DNA of 64,000 nt from Sedimentisphaeraceae bacterium JB056. GTDB lineage: Bacteria; Planctomycetota; Phycisphaerae; Sedimentisphaerales; Sedimentisphaeraceae. The translations under genes and the position numbers were made by a program. The notes under the pieces are model-generated. The model ran no database searches, was not told the origin of the DNA, and saw nothing but the letters and a program-made list of their open reading frames with translations. The stretch covers positions 1 through 64,000 of the forward strand of contig JBITAJ010000003.1 of assembly GCA_044440125.1 (NCBI GenBank), in the 5' to 3' direction. Below, piece by piece: positions 29,141 to 38,672 of the stretch (position 1 is the stretch's first letter; every line of letters starts with the position of its first letter).

Positions 29141-30614
29141 TACTTTGTTCAGCAACCGGCGACTTTTCTGTATCCTCACCACTATAGATCCATCTCATCA
29201 TCCCCGCATTTGGAATCATTCCAAAGCCCTTAGCATGCGGCTTAAGCTTATATCCGCCAGGCCAATAAACAAAGAACGCCTGACCGATCAAATAATCACG
29301 AGGAACAACACCCATAGGGTATTGTTTGCCGTTATTGCCAAACCCTTTATGCTCCCAAAGACGGGAATCTGCACTCATAGGGCTATTATCACCGCACGCC
29401 AAGAACTCATCTTCGCCAAGAGTGAATGCGTATCCCTCTCCGGCTCTGACATAATCATGCTGAGACATGTTTCTTGTATAATAATGAATATCGCGATCAA
29501 GAGTCAAATGGTTTATAGCCAGCTCACCTTTACCCAGAAGTTCTACGGCAGGTTTGCCATCAGAATATGTTCCGATATCACCATAGCTCTCTCCGATATC
29601 GCAACGTAGTGTATATTTACCAAACTTAAGGGTCAACCTGTAGTCAGCATTATCAAACTCAAACATAACTGGATTTTGCGGATATTCGTTGCTTATATCT
29701 ATCTTTTCATAAAGCTTTTCCGCACCTGTATCATCAGTACCATAGAGCATCATACTCGCATTTTCAAAATCAACTTTTGCAGTATAAATGCGTCCATACT
29801 TATGTATTTTTGCGCCTATAAGACTTTTATCATCAATACCGTCTACCCAAAATTTAACTTTCAGATCGCTGCAATCCTCACCAAGCCTATTATACAAAAC
29901 AGGATTGTAAGCATAAGCAGCCTTCAAATCATTCCCTGTTTTCAGGTCATAAGTAAGTAGAGATTCCTCTTTTGAATCAAGAAGCAACGTAGCTCCCCCA
30001 TGGTCATATTTCCAGCCTTTTTCAAAAACAAACGGAACTTTCCATGAACCATTTTTGAATTCCCTCGCAGCCGGACGTGCCGGAACAAAATCTGCATCAT
30101 ATACAGGCATCCAAAGTTCTTTCTGAACTTTAGGCGGCTTACGAGCAATCTTGCCGTCAATAAAGACGTCCCCATCAATCAGTTCCAGAGTCTCGCCCGG
30201 CAAACCGATAGTCCGCTTTATATAATTTATGTGAGGCTCTGTCGGATTTTTAAACACAAAAACATCCCATCTTCTGGGATCCTTGAAATTATAAAGCCCT
30301 TTATAGACAAGTATTCGATCGCCGCCTGTAACATCAGCAAACAATTTCTGCTGATTTCCACAACTTGGGCATTCAGACCCAATGGCCTGTTCCTGCCGGT
30401 TGCCTTGCATATGCCCTACATCATATTCGTAGCCGCACTGAAGGCAAACAACCTCATAATGATCACCTCGCAGTGTTGGAGCCATACTTCCTGTAGGTAT
30501 TTTGAATGCCTCCACAATAAATCCGCGAAAGACAAATGCGAAGACAAGTGCCACGGCAAGCCACTCGATAACTCCTGCCAACGCGACTAAAAATGGTATT
30601 TTAGGGGTTTTCAT
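29133..30614 (-). CDS. lepB: Signal peptidase I, long form with CxxC..CxxC insert
   Basis: IPTGSMAPTL (Ser), YIKRTIGLPGE (Lys), GDNSPMSADSRLW; CLQC/CPSC insert. Confidence 0.92.
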   Translation of the reverse strand: MKTPKIPFLVALAGVIEWLAVALVFAFVFRGFIVEAFKIPTGSMAPTLRGDHYEVVCLQCGYEYDVGHMQGNRQEQAIGSECPSCGNQQKLFADVTGGDRILVYKGLYNFKDPRRWDVFVFKNPTEPHINYIKRTIGLPGETLELIDGDVFIDGKIARKPPKVQKELWMPVYDADFVPARPAAREFKNGSWKVPFVFEKGWKYDHGGATLLLDSKEESLLTYDLKTGNDLKAAYAYNPVLYNRLGEDCSDLKVKFWVDGIDDKSLIGAKIHKYGRIYTAKVDFENASMMLYGTDDTGAEKLYEKIDISNEYPQNPVMFEFDNADYRLTLKFGKYTLRCDIGESYGDIGTYSDGKPAVELLGKGELAINHLTLDRDIHYYTRNMSQHDYVRAGEGYAFTLGEDEFLACGDNSPMSADSRLWEHKGFGNNGKQYPMGVVPRDYLIGQAFFVYWPGGYKLKPHAKGFGMIPNAGMMRWIYSGEDTEKSPVAEQSNG

Positions 30615-30757
30615 AATGTAGTCTCAAAATTAAAATATCACATCAGGGCAGTAAAACGACGGCCCTAAAGGTTCATTATGGTGAAAAACCAAATAATTTA
30701 AAGTTATTTATGCTAAAAGGCGGCTATAAATAGAAAGTTTGCAGACATAACACTCTA

Positions 30758-31588
30758 TTATTTTGCCTTAAGGAATCCTTCAGCAATCATCCATTTTTTG
30801 CATCTCCCCGGCCAGTCACCTGCCGCGTTACAGATAGAATCAACCATTCCAAAACCATGCGGTCCATGATGATATAGATGCATTTCGACATTTATATTCT
30901 TGCTTCTTAAAGCTGTGTAATAGACAATACTGTTACGCACATCAACAACCTGATCCTCTGCTGTATGAACAAGAAAAGCAGGTGGAGTGTCATCTTTTAC
31001 ATGTCTTTCCAAACTGTAATAGTCAGCAAGGTTCTTTTCTGTGCTTCCGCTGACAAGATTCTCTTTGCTCCCGGTATGTCCAAAAGATTCGTCCATAGAA
31101 ATAACTGGATATATGAGAACACTGAAATCAGGCCTGCTCGCAGGCTTGAAATGTACGCTGGCAGATGCCGCAAGATGCCCGCCGGCAGAAAAACCTGCAA
31201 TGCCTATCCGCTTGGGATCGATATTGAACTCAGAAGAATTACTGCGAACATATTCTATAGCTAATAATGCATCTGAAAGTGTATGAGGATGCCCATAAGC
31301 TTTGAGGCGATATTTCAATACAAATGCAGATACGCCAATCGAATTAAACCACTTGGCGACATCACTACCTTCTTTTATCCAGGATAAAATCTCATACCCC
31401 CCGCCAGGACAAATAATAACTGCGGGAGTATTGTCCTGCGAATCAACGAGAAACGGAACGATGGATGGATTCTGAACATTTTCAATATATTTATTGAAGT
31501 TATGCTCTTCATCAATCTCTCTTATAATCTCCTCGTCTCGTCTATCAGGCAATTCCGGCCTGAGCAGTATTTCATTATCAAGAATCAT
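30758..31588 (-). CDS. Alpha/beta hydrolase (acetyl/feruloyl esterase-like)
   Basis: PGGGY oxyanion hole, GFSAGGH nucleophile, Asp (EDQVV) and HGFG. Confidence 0.88.
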   Translation of the reverse strand: MILDNEILLRPELPDRRDEEIIREIDEEHNFNKYIENVQNPSIVPFLVDSQDNTPAVIICPGGGYEILSWIKEGSDVAKWFNSIGVSAFVLKYRLKAYGHPHTLSDALLAIEYVRSNSSEFNIDPKRIGIAGFSAGGHLAASASVHFKPASRPDFSVLIYPVISMDESFGHTGSKENLVSGSTEKNLADYYSLERHVKDDTPPAFLVHTAEDQVVDVRNSIVYYTALRSKNINVEMHLYHHGPHGFGMVDSICNAAGDWPGRCKKWMIAEGFLKAK

Positions 31589-31599
31589 ATCAATACCTC

Positions 31600-31639
31600 A
31601 AAAAACAAGGCCTTTACGCAGTAAAGCGCAAAGACCTTT
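31600..31639 (-). terminator. Terminator after glnS
   Basis: Minus strand AAGGTCTTTGCGC...GCGTAAAGGCCTT-GTTTTTT. Confidence 0.7.
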
Positions 31640-31643
31640 AATG

Positions 31644-33368
31644 TTATTTCTTATTTTTCTTCTGAATCTTAGCCCATGTGTCTTTAAGTGTTACAGTTCT
31701 GTTAAAAACAAGCCCTTCTTCATTTGAGGTTTTGTCAATACAGAAATAACCAAGTCTTTCAAACTGATATCTGTCAAGCGGTTTAGCGTTAGCTACAGAG
31801 GGCTCTACATAGCAGCAGTCAAGCTCTTTGAGCGATTCCGGATTTATATTATCTGTAAAATCCTCACCCTCTTTCACTTCATCCGGGTTCTCTTTTGTAA
31901 AGAGAGTATCATAGATATTCACCTTAGCCGGTAAACCATGTTCTGCCGAAACCCAGTGCAATGTGGCTTTCACTTTCCTGCCGTCAGGTGCATCGCCACC
32001 TCTTGTTGCCGGGTCATAAGTACATCTTAACTCTACAATGTTGCCATCATCATCCTTTACAACCTCATTACAAGTAATGAAATAAGCATAACGCAGACGT
32101 ACTTCTCTTCCAGGTGCAAGCCTGAAGAACTTTCTTGGAGGCTCTTCCATGAAATCATCACGTTCAATGTATATCTCTTTTGAGAAAGGTACTTTCCTTG
32201 TACCTGCTGAAGAATCCTCAGGATTATTCACGGCATCAAGATAATCAATCTCTGCATCTTCAGGATAGTTGGTTATAACCACTTTGAGCGGATTCAAAAC
32301 AGCCATCACCCTTGATGATGTAGCGTTAAGGTCTCTCCTGAGACAATGCTCAAGCAACGCCATATCAATAGTACTGTTAAACTTATTAACACCTATCGTC
32401 TTGCAGAAATCCCTAATCGCTTCTGGGCTGTACCCGCGGCGTCTCATGCCGGATACTGTAGGCATACGGGGATCATCCCAGCCGTTCACATGCTTTTCTG
32501 TAACAAGCCTGAGCAGTTTCCTCTTGCTCATGACAGTATAAGTAAGATTGAGACGTGCAAACTCTATTTGCTGAGGATGATATACCTCAAGTGCATCAAG
32601 GAACCAATCATAAAGCGGACGATGATGCTCAAACTCAAGCGTGCATATCGAATGGGTAACACCCTCGACAGAATCTTCAAGCCCATGTGCCCAGTCATAC
32701 ATTGGATATATACACCACTTATCACCCTGCCTGTGGTGATGGGCATGCACGATTCTGTACATAATCGGATCACGCATATTAACATTCGGCGATGCCATGT
32801 CTATCTTGGCTCTCAAAGTACGGCTTCCATCGGGAAACTCGCCATTCTTCATTCGCTCAAGAAGGTCAAGGTTCTCTTCCGCACTTCTGTCACGATGAGG
32901 GCTGAACCGCCCCGGCTCTTTAAGAGTACCACGATATTCCCTGATTTCATCAGGCGTAAGGTCACAAACGTAAGCCTTGCCCTTTTTGATAAGATCGATG
33001 GCATATTCATACATCTTATCGAAATAATCACTGGCAAAATACAGACCGTCGTTCCAGTCCCAGCCGAGCCATTTCACATCTTCGATTATAGACTGTACGT
33101 ATTCATCCTCTTCTTTTGTCGGATTAGTATCATCAAAACGCAGATTACACTGGCCGTCAAATTCCTTCGCTATACCAAAATTCAGGCAAATACTTTTAGC
33201 ATGCCCGATATGGAGATAACCATTGGGTTCAGGCGGAAATCGTGTTATGATCTCCTTATGCTTTCCTGATTCCAAATCGGCAGCAACAATGCTCCGAACA
33301 AAATCGAGTCTCTGTGGAGATTCTTCATTTGCCTCTACGTCTTTAGCAGTATCATTCACTTTAGTCAC
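31644..33368 (-). CDS. glnS: Glutamine--tRNA ligase
   Basis: [38 protein letters not shown] start. Confidence 0.97.
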   Translation of the reverse strand: MTKVNDTAKDVEANEESPQRLDFVRSIVAADLESGKHKEIITRFPPEPNGYLHIGHAKSICLNFGIAKEFDGQCNLRFDDTNPTKEEDEYVQSIIEDVKWLGWDWNDGLYFASDYFDKMYEYAIDLIKKGKAYVCDLTPDEIREYRGTLKEPGRFSPHRDRSAEENLDLLERMKNGEFPDGSRTLRAKIDMASPNVNMRDPIMYRIVHAHHHRQGDKWCIYPMYDWAHGLEDSVEGVTHSICTLEFEHHRPLYDWFLDALEVYHPQQIEFARLNLTYTVMSKRKLLRLVTEKHVNGWDDPRMPTVSGMRRRGYSPEAIRDFCKTIGVNKFNSTIDMALLEHCLRRDLNATSSRVMAVLNPLKVVITNYPEDAEIDYLDAVNNPEDSSAGTRKVPFSKEIYIERDDFMEEPPRKFFRLAPGREVRLRYAYFITCNEVVKDDDGNIVELRCTYDPATRGGDAPDGRKVKATLHWVSAEHGLPAKVNIYDTLFTKENPDEVKEGEDFTDNINPESLKELDCCYVEPSVANAKPLDRYQFERLGYFCIDKTSNEEGLVFNRTVTLKDTWAKIQKKNKK

Positions 33369-33387
33369 CTTAGAACAATTTCAAAAG

Positions 33388-33753
33388 TTACTCAGAATCA
33401 TCTGTATCTGCTACATAAGTACACACAACATCGGTACTTATTCCACCTCTTGGGGTAAAGTCAGATGTAACCGTCATCCACTTAGGCTTGCAGCAATCAA
33501 CAAGATAATCCAAAATTTCATTAGTTAACGCTTCATAGAAAATTCCCTTGTTACGGAAACTTTGCATATAGTATTTTAGGCTTTTCAGCTCAATACACTC
33601 TTTATCAGGGCAGTATTCTATTGTAATCGTACCAAAATCAGGCTGTCCCGTTACAGGGCAAACACTTGTAAACTCAGGAACTCTTGTCGTGATAACATAA
33701 TCACGGCCCGGTCTTGGATTATCAAACAATTCTATTTTAACATTTTCACACAT
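33388..33753 (-). CDS. queF: preQ0 reductase (short type QueF)
   Basis: [31 protein letters not shown]. Confidence 0.95.
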   Translation of the reverse strand: MCENVKIELFDNPRPGRDYVITTRVPEFTSVCPVTGQPDFGTITIEYCPDKECIELKSLKYYMQSFRNKGIFYEALTNEILDYLVDCCKPKWMTVTSDFTPRGGISTDVVCTYVADTDDSE

Positions 33754-33958
33754 TACATTTGCCTTTAGAACATAAAATTATTATACTAAAAAAAGGCTGC
33801 AACGACAAAAACTTGAGAAATACTGCAACGACATGAAATATATGCAGTTGGTCCTTTCCGTTTAGTATTTTGCCTGTTGCATCAAAATTATCTACTTAGC
33901 GTGTATTTTACGTAAAAACGATAAAAATTAAACTTCAAAATACAAAAATCATAATAAA

Positions 33959-34660
33959 ATGACGCAAGTTAATCACAAAGCAATAGTGCTTCTGAGCGGC
34001 GGGCTTGATTCCTCAACCGTCGCTGCCATAGCAGTTTCAGAAGGTTTTGAATGCCATGCAGTAACATTTTCCTATGGACAACGACACTCTATAGAACTTG
34101 AAGCATCAAAACGAGTGGCTGAAAGCCTACATTTTGCTTCTCACAAAATCATAAATCTCGACCCTGAAACATTCGGTGGTTCGGCACTTACCGACAGCAG
34201 CATCAATGTGCCTAAAGACAGGTCAGACAAGGAGATAAGTGACGGCATACCTGTAACATACGTACCTGTGAGAAATCTCGTATTTCTCAGCTATGCGATG
34301 GCTATCGCAGAAAGCAATGACGCCTTCGACATCTTTATCGGCGTAAACTGCTGTGATTACAGCGGTTACCCAGATTGCCGACCCGAATTTATTGAATCTT
34401 TCACGAAAACAGCAAATCTTGCTGCCGCCGCAAGCGTTAAAGGGAAAGGTAAATACACCATCCACACGCCTATTATAGAGATGACCAAATCTCAAATAAT
34501 AACAGCTGGCACAAAGCTGGGCTTCGATTACTCTATAACTCACAGTTGTTATGATCCTGACAATAAAAACAGACCTTGCGGCAAATGCGACAGTTGCCAA
34601 TTGAGATTAAAAGGCTTTGCTGAGGCAGGCTTAAAAGATCCAGTGGAGTATTCCGAATGA
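33959..34660 (+). CDS. queC: 7-cyano-7-deazaguanine synthase
   Basis: [30 protein letters not shown]...CGKCDSC. Confidence 0.97.
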   Translation: MTQVNHKAIVLLSGGLDSSTVAAIAVSEGFECHAVTFSYGQRHSIELEASKRVAESLHFASHKIINLDPETFGGSALTDSSINVPKDRSDKEISDGIPVTYVPVRNLVFLSYAMAIAESNDAFDIFIGVNCCDYSGYPDCRPEFIESFTKTANLAAAASVKGKGKYTIHTPIIEMTKSQIITAGTKLGFDYSITHSCYDPDNKNRPCGKCDSCQLRLKGFAEAGLKDPVEYSE

Positions 34661-35337
34661 AAGTTGTAGAAATATTCTACTCTCTTCAAGGAGAAGGCAG
34701 ACTTGCCGGACGACCAAGTGTATTTGTAAGACTTGCCGGTTGCCCACTAAGATGTAAATGGTGTGACACTAAATATGCATGGCCATCAAAATGCGGAGAA
34801 CCTCTTAGCATCAGCGAAATAGTGCTTAGAGTGGAAGAATATAAATGCAAAGATGTAGTAATTACAGGCGGCGAACCATTCGGCAAAGAAGAGTTGCCTG
34901 AACTACTGAAAGAACTGAAGGAAAAAGGCAAATATATTACAGTTGAAACATCTGGCATTGAGTTTGTCAAAGGGCTGCGTATAGATCTTGTCAGCCTGAG
35001 TCCAAAACTGTCAAACTCTACTCCTGTTGAATACGAGCTTGCTTTGCTTCACGAGAAGAACAGACTCAATAAAAAAGCATTGGAAGAGTTCATGGGGAAC
35101 TATAACTGCCAGCTCAAATTCGTTGTGGAGCAGAAAAGCGACATCGATGAGATCAAGCAGTTGCTAAGCGAATGTAAGAACTCTGAAAATGCAGAAGTAA
35201 TGTTGATGCCTCAGGCGGCAGATACAGATGAGTATATTGAAAGATCGGGACAAATCGCAGAGATGTGCATCAACGAAGGTTTCAGTTTTTCCCCAAGGCT
35301 TCATGTACTGCTATGGGGTAACAAAAGAGGAGTATGA
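34657..35337 (+). CDS. queE: 7-carboxy-7-deazaguanine synthase (radical SAM)
   Basis: [36 protein letters not shown] overlap with queC. Confidence 0.95.
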   Translation: MKVVEIFYSLQGEGRLAGRPSVFVRLAGCPLRCKWCDTKYAWPSKCGEPLSISEIVLRVEEYKCKDVVITGGEPFGKEELPELLKELKEKGKYITVETSGIEFVKGLRIDLVSLSPKLSNSTPVEYELALLHEKNRLNKKALEEFMGNYNCQLKFVVEQKSDIDEIKQLLSECKNSENAEVMLMPQAADTDEYIERSGQIAEMCINEGFSFSPRLHVLLWGNKRGV

Positions 35338-35387
35338 TCGCCTTATAAGTTTTAATGAAAGCGATTATAAAGTAGGAAGGGACACAG

Positions 35388-36029
35388 ATGAAAATCACAG
35401 CGTTATCGGACATTCACAATAAGCAGATATCTGGTAAATTATTGGAGAATGACATCAAATCTTCTGATCTGGTAGTTATCTCTGGAGACATTACAAGTTT
35501 TGCAAGTGCTAAACGCGCATCAGTAATTCTTGACGAGCTACGCAGCTTGAACAACGCAATAGCAGGAATAACCGGAAATTGCGATACAGAAGAAATAGCC
35601 GCACTCCTGAAAGAATACGGCATATCGGTAAATGGAACTCATCAAAAAATTTGCGGCATTAATATTATAGGAGTCAATGGAGTTGAGAGCGGTCGATTTC
35701 ATGGCAAATTTTACAACGAATTGACCACTGCTGCTGCGACAATTTCACAAGATGAACCGCTGATTCTAATAACCCACCAGCCGTGTGCAGGAACAAAAAT
35801 TTCTGATCGCGGGGGGTATGATGGAGGCAGTTGCGGAATAAGAAAATTCATTACGCAACGAAAACCAATGCTCGCTTTTTCAGGACATATCCATGAAGCA
35901 TTCGGGCAAGATAAGATTGGTCCCACAACTCTTATAAATCCGGGAGCATATACCGAAGGACGCTACGCTGTTGTAGAAGTAGATATCAAAACTCAGAAAA
36001 CAATAAACATCGAGTTTAAGACATGTTAA
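35388..36029 (+). CDS. Calcineurin-like metallophosphoesterase (Icc-related)
   Basis: SDIH, GD, GNCD, THQP, GHIHE, NPG. Confidence 0.9.
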   Translation: MKITALSDIHNKQISGKLLENDIKSSDLVVISGDITSFASAKRASVILDELRSLNNAIAGITGNCDTEEIAALLKEYGISVNGTHQKICGINIIGVNGVESGRFHGKFYNELTTAAATISQDEPLILITHQPCAGTKISDRGGYDGGSCGIRKFITQRKPMLAFSGHIHEAFGQDKIGPTTLINPGAYTEGRYAVVEVDIKTQKTINIEFKTC

Positions 36030-36031
36030 AA

Positions 36032-36067
36032 TTTATCGGAGCCGGCTATATTTCCAGCTCCGATAAA
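36032..36067. terminator. Stem-loop between convergent genes
   Basis: TTTATCGGAGC...GCTCCGATAAA. Confidence 0.55.
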
Positions 36068-36071
36068 AATA

Positions 36072-37595
36072 TCAATCCAGAACATTCATCTCGCCATAAG
36101 AATCTTGATCGTAATATATCTCCTTTATTGCCTCATTAGCCCATGGCTGATCCTGATAAATCAAACCATCATCAGGATTTTCTGGCATATCTTTCTTAGG
36201 CAGAAGCTTAAAACCATTTTCGTCAACTATGTCATTACGATTGCCATCACGCAAAAAGTCAAGCAATCTATTTCTATACTCCTCCTTGACTTTTGCAAAA
36301 TCTGAAGATTCAGCAAGATTCTTACTTTCCTCAGGATCATTTATCCTGTCAAAGAAATATTCCTTCTGATCAGGTATGCTGTAAAAATATTTCCACTGCT
36401 TGCTAACTGCCATGCAAATAGAATTATCATCATGGGCAAACTCACTGAATACAACCTCTCTTTGAGAATTGCCGGATGCAACCTTCGCAAGGTCTTTTCC
36501 CTGACAGTCATGCGGAGCATCCATATCTGCCGCGGCTGCAATAGTTGGAAGAATATCTACTAAACTTACCGGTTCATAACATATCTTGCCTTTTTCAAAT
36601 ACCTTTGGAAGCGATGCTATCAGCGGTATTCTTGCCGCCTGATCATGCATGGAACGTTTACCAAAACAGCGATTATCCCCAAGGTACTCACCATGATCGG
36701 AAGTAAAAATTATCAAAGTATCATCAATCTGACCAGTTTGTTCCAGATAATCAAGTATCTTACCTATCTGACAGTCAATATAACTTATGCAAGCAAAATA
36801 ATGTGCCCTGATTCTTCTTACAAGATTAAGGTCAAAACCTCTATCCCTAAACTTGTATCGATTCTGAAACTTGTTTATAAACGTATAGTTATCTTCACAA
36901 TCATCATTGATATGCGGCAAAGGCATATCAGTCGCCCTGTAAAGTTTATGCCATGGTGAAGGAGGCGTAAAAGGCGGGTGCGGATGAATGAAGCTGCAAA
37001 ACAACATCCAATTTCGGTCGGGATGAAAAGCCCTCTCGCTTAGAAAAGACATTGCTCTCTGACCAATCCAATTTGTTGGGTGCAGTTGTTGAGACTGCTG
37101 GGAGACCTGCGGAATATAATACATATCACCCCGAACGCCATGAGGGTCGAGAATATGCTTAGTACCTTCCCTGCTGAAAAGCCAGTTCATATAATCATCA
37201 TTTCTCCAGTCATCAATTATCTCTTCCTGAACTTCACGGGTCTCAAATCCTCGCAGTTCAAGCAAATCCGGAGTAAAATGACACTTCCCGATTCCATGCG
37301 TTCTATATCCGGCATCTGTAAGTATGTCCATGAAAGACGATGATTTTGAAGGCATCGAATAATCATTATCAAAACAGCCGGTTGACGATGGATACCTGCC
37401 GTAATGCAGACAACATCTTGCAGGCACACATACAGGAGAAGGAGAGAATGCATTCGAGAAAGCCGTACCACGATCACAGAGTCTGTCAATGTTGGGTGTT
37501 TTTATGTAATCGTTGCCCAGAGCCGCTATCATATCAGCACGCATCTGGTCAACCATAAATACAAGCACGTTGGGCTTATTCAGTACGTTTGTCAT
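36072..37595 (-). CDS. Cytoplasmic Cys-type sulfatase
   Basis: PNVLVFMVDQMR, CVPAR, GKCH, HPHPP, SDHG; no signal peptide. ATG 37595 preferred. Confidence 0.92.
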   Translation of the reverse strand: MTNVLNKPNVLVFMVDQMRADMIAALGNDYIKTPNIDRLCDRGTAFSNAFSPSPVCVPARCCLHYGRYPSSTGCFDNDYSMPSKSSSFMDILTDAGYRTHGIGKCHFTPDLLELRGFETREVQEEIIDDWRNDDYMNWLFSREGTKHILDPHGVRGDMYYIPQVSQQSQQLHPTNWIGQRAMSFLSERAFHPDRNWMLFCSFIHPHPPFTPPSPWHKLYRATDMPLPHINDDCEDNYTFINKFQNRYKFRDRGFDLNLVRRIRAHYFACISYIDCQIGKILDYLEQTGQIDDTLIIFTSDHGEYLGDNRCFGKRSMHDQAARIPLIASLPKVFEKGKICYEPVSLVDILPTIAAAADMDAPHDCQGKDLAKVASGNSQREVVFSEFAHDDNSICMAVSKQWKYFYSIPDQKEYFFDRINDPEESKNLAESSDFAKVKEEYRNRLLDFLRDGNRNDIVDENGFKLLPKKDMPENPDDGLIYQDQPWANEAIKEIYYDQDSYGEMNVLD

Positions 37596-37614
37596 CTTTT
37601 GATAAACTCCAGAA

Positions 37615-38385
37615 TCAATTGAATTCAGCAAGCCATGTCTTTAAGACTTCAGCATCCTTTTTGAAATTCTCAGGATCATCATCAACAACAAACTCCATCA
37701 AAGAATACATATCCAAGTCTATTTTGGAAAGTTTCTCAAGATAACATTTCCAATCATCCCAGCCCTGAGCAAGCGGCAATCTGACAGTATGATCAGGCCA
37801 CCAATGGAAACAATGTATGCCTCTTATCCATGGTTTAAGTTTGTCTATACCCTCACTGTTTATCTTGACTCCCGCACCATTAATAGGTTGCCAGTAACTT
37901 TGGAAATTAGGATCGTCAATACTTTCAAGAAGCTCAACAGCAGATTCGTAAGTGTTAGTCAAAGTTCCGCCATGGAACTCATATACCATCGTTACCCCTT
38001 TATCGGCAGCCATTTTGGCAATTTCCTTGCTCTCTGAAATGATCTTGCCGCGGAAATCTGCATCAGCATCTTCTGAATCCTTATTGCCTGCCCAAACACG
38101 TATCTTGTCTGTGCCGAGAGTAAGAGCTGTTTCAAGAACATCCTTGAATTTAAGTCCTTCATCTTCGCTCACACCTACACGAAAATAAGAGCCATAAGCC
38201 GCAACATCTAAACCCGCTTCTTTTGTCTGATCTGCTACTTCACGGGCTACCTCAAGATTTCCATGCGGAACATGAACATCGCCGCCCCACTCAATACCGG
38301 AAAGCCCGGCAGTTTTGACCATTTCGATTACCTGCTTAGTATCAAGCTGTCTGAAGCTTATAGAAACAAGACCTGGACGTATCAT
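37615..38385 (-). CDS. Sugar phosphate isomerase/epimerase (xylose isomerase-like TIM barrel)
   Basis: GIEWGGDVH, IRVWAG, EFH, H, MEF pattern; ATG 38385 after GGAG. Confidence 0.85.
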   Translation of the reverse strand: MIRPGLVSISFRQLDTKQVIEMVKTAGLSGIEWGGDVHVPHGNLEVAREVADQTKEAGLDVAAYGSYFRVGVSEDEGLKFKDVLETALTLGTDKIRVWAGNKDSEDADADFRGKIISESKEIAKMAADKGVTMVYEFHGGTLTNTYESAVELLESIDDPNFQSYWQPINGAGVKINSEGIDKLKPWIRGIHCFHWWPDHTVRLPLAQGWDDWKCYLEKLSKIDLDMYSLMEFVVDDDPENFKKDAEVLKTWLAEFN

Positions 38386-38500
38386 AAAATTCTCCAATCT
38401 ATTAAAATTAACATTAATTTAGGTTTGCATAAGACAACTCAAAATTATTCAAACACCTGTCTGGCATAAACTTAAGATATCAATCGCAATACTTTGTATA

Positions 38501-38528
38501 TTTATAACAAACCCCAAAAGCAAGTCAA
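38501..38528 (-). promoter_or_regulatory. Sigma70-like promoter for the epimerase-sulfatase pair
   Basis: Minus strand TTGACT-N16-TATAAA with extended TG. Confidence 0.5.
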
Positions 38529-38672
38529 TGATTTTCTCCACAAACAACTCAGGCATTATTAAAACGGACTCTTTTTTTACAATATATCAATATTAATTTC
38601 TTGACTTTTAACCTCCATTTTACTATCGTTTAGCTTGGTGCGTTACTTAATTTAGTTCATAAGAGGTTAATT

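Noticed and set aside
33388..35337. queF/C/E as a 7-deazaguanine DNA-modification (Dpd) defence system
   Set aside because: No dpdA/tgt-like or dpdB-K genes; housekeeping context beside glnS fits tRNA queuosine synthesis.
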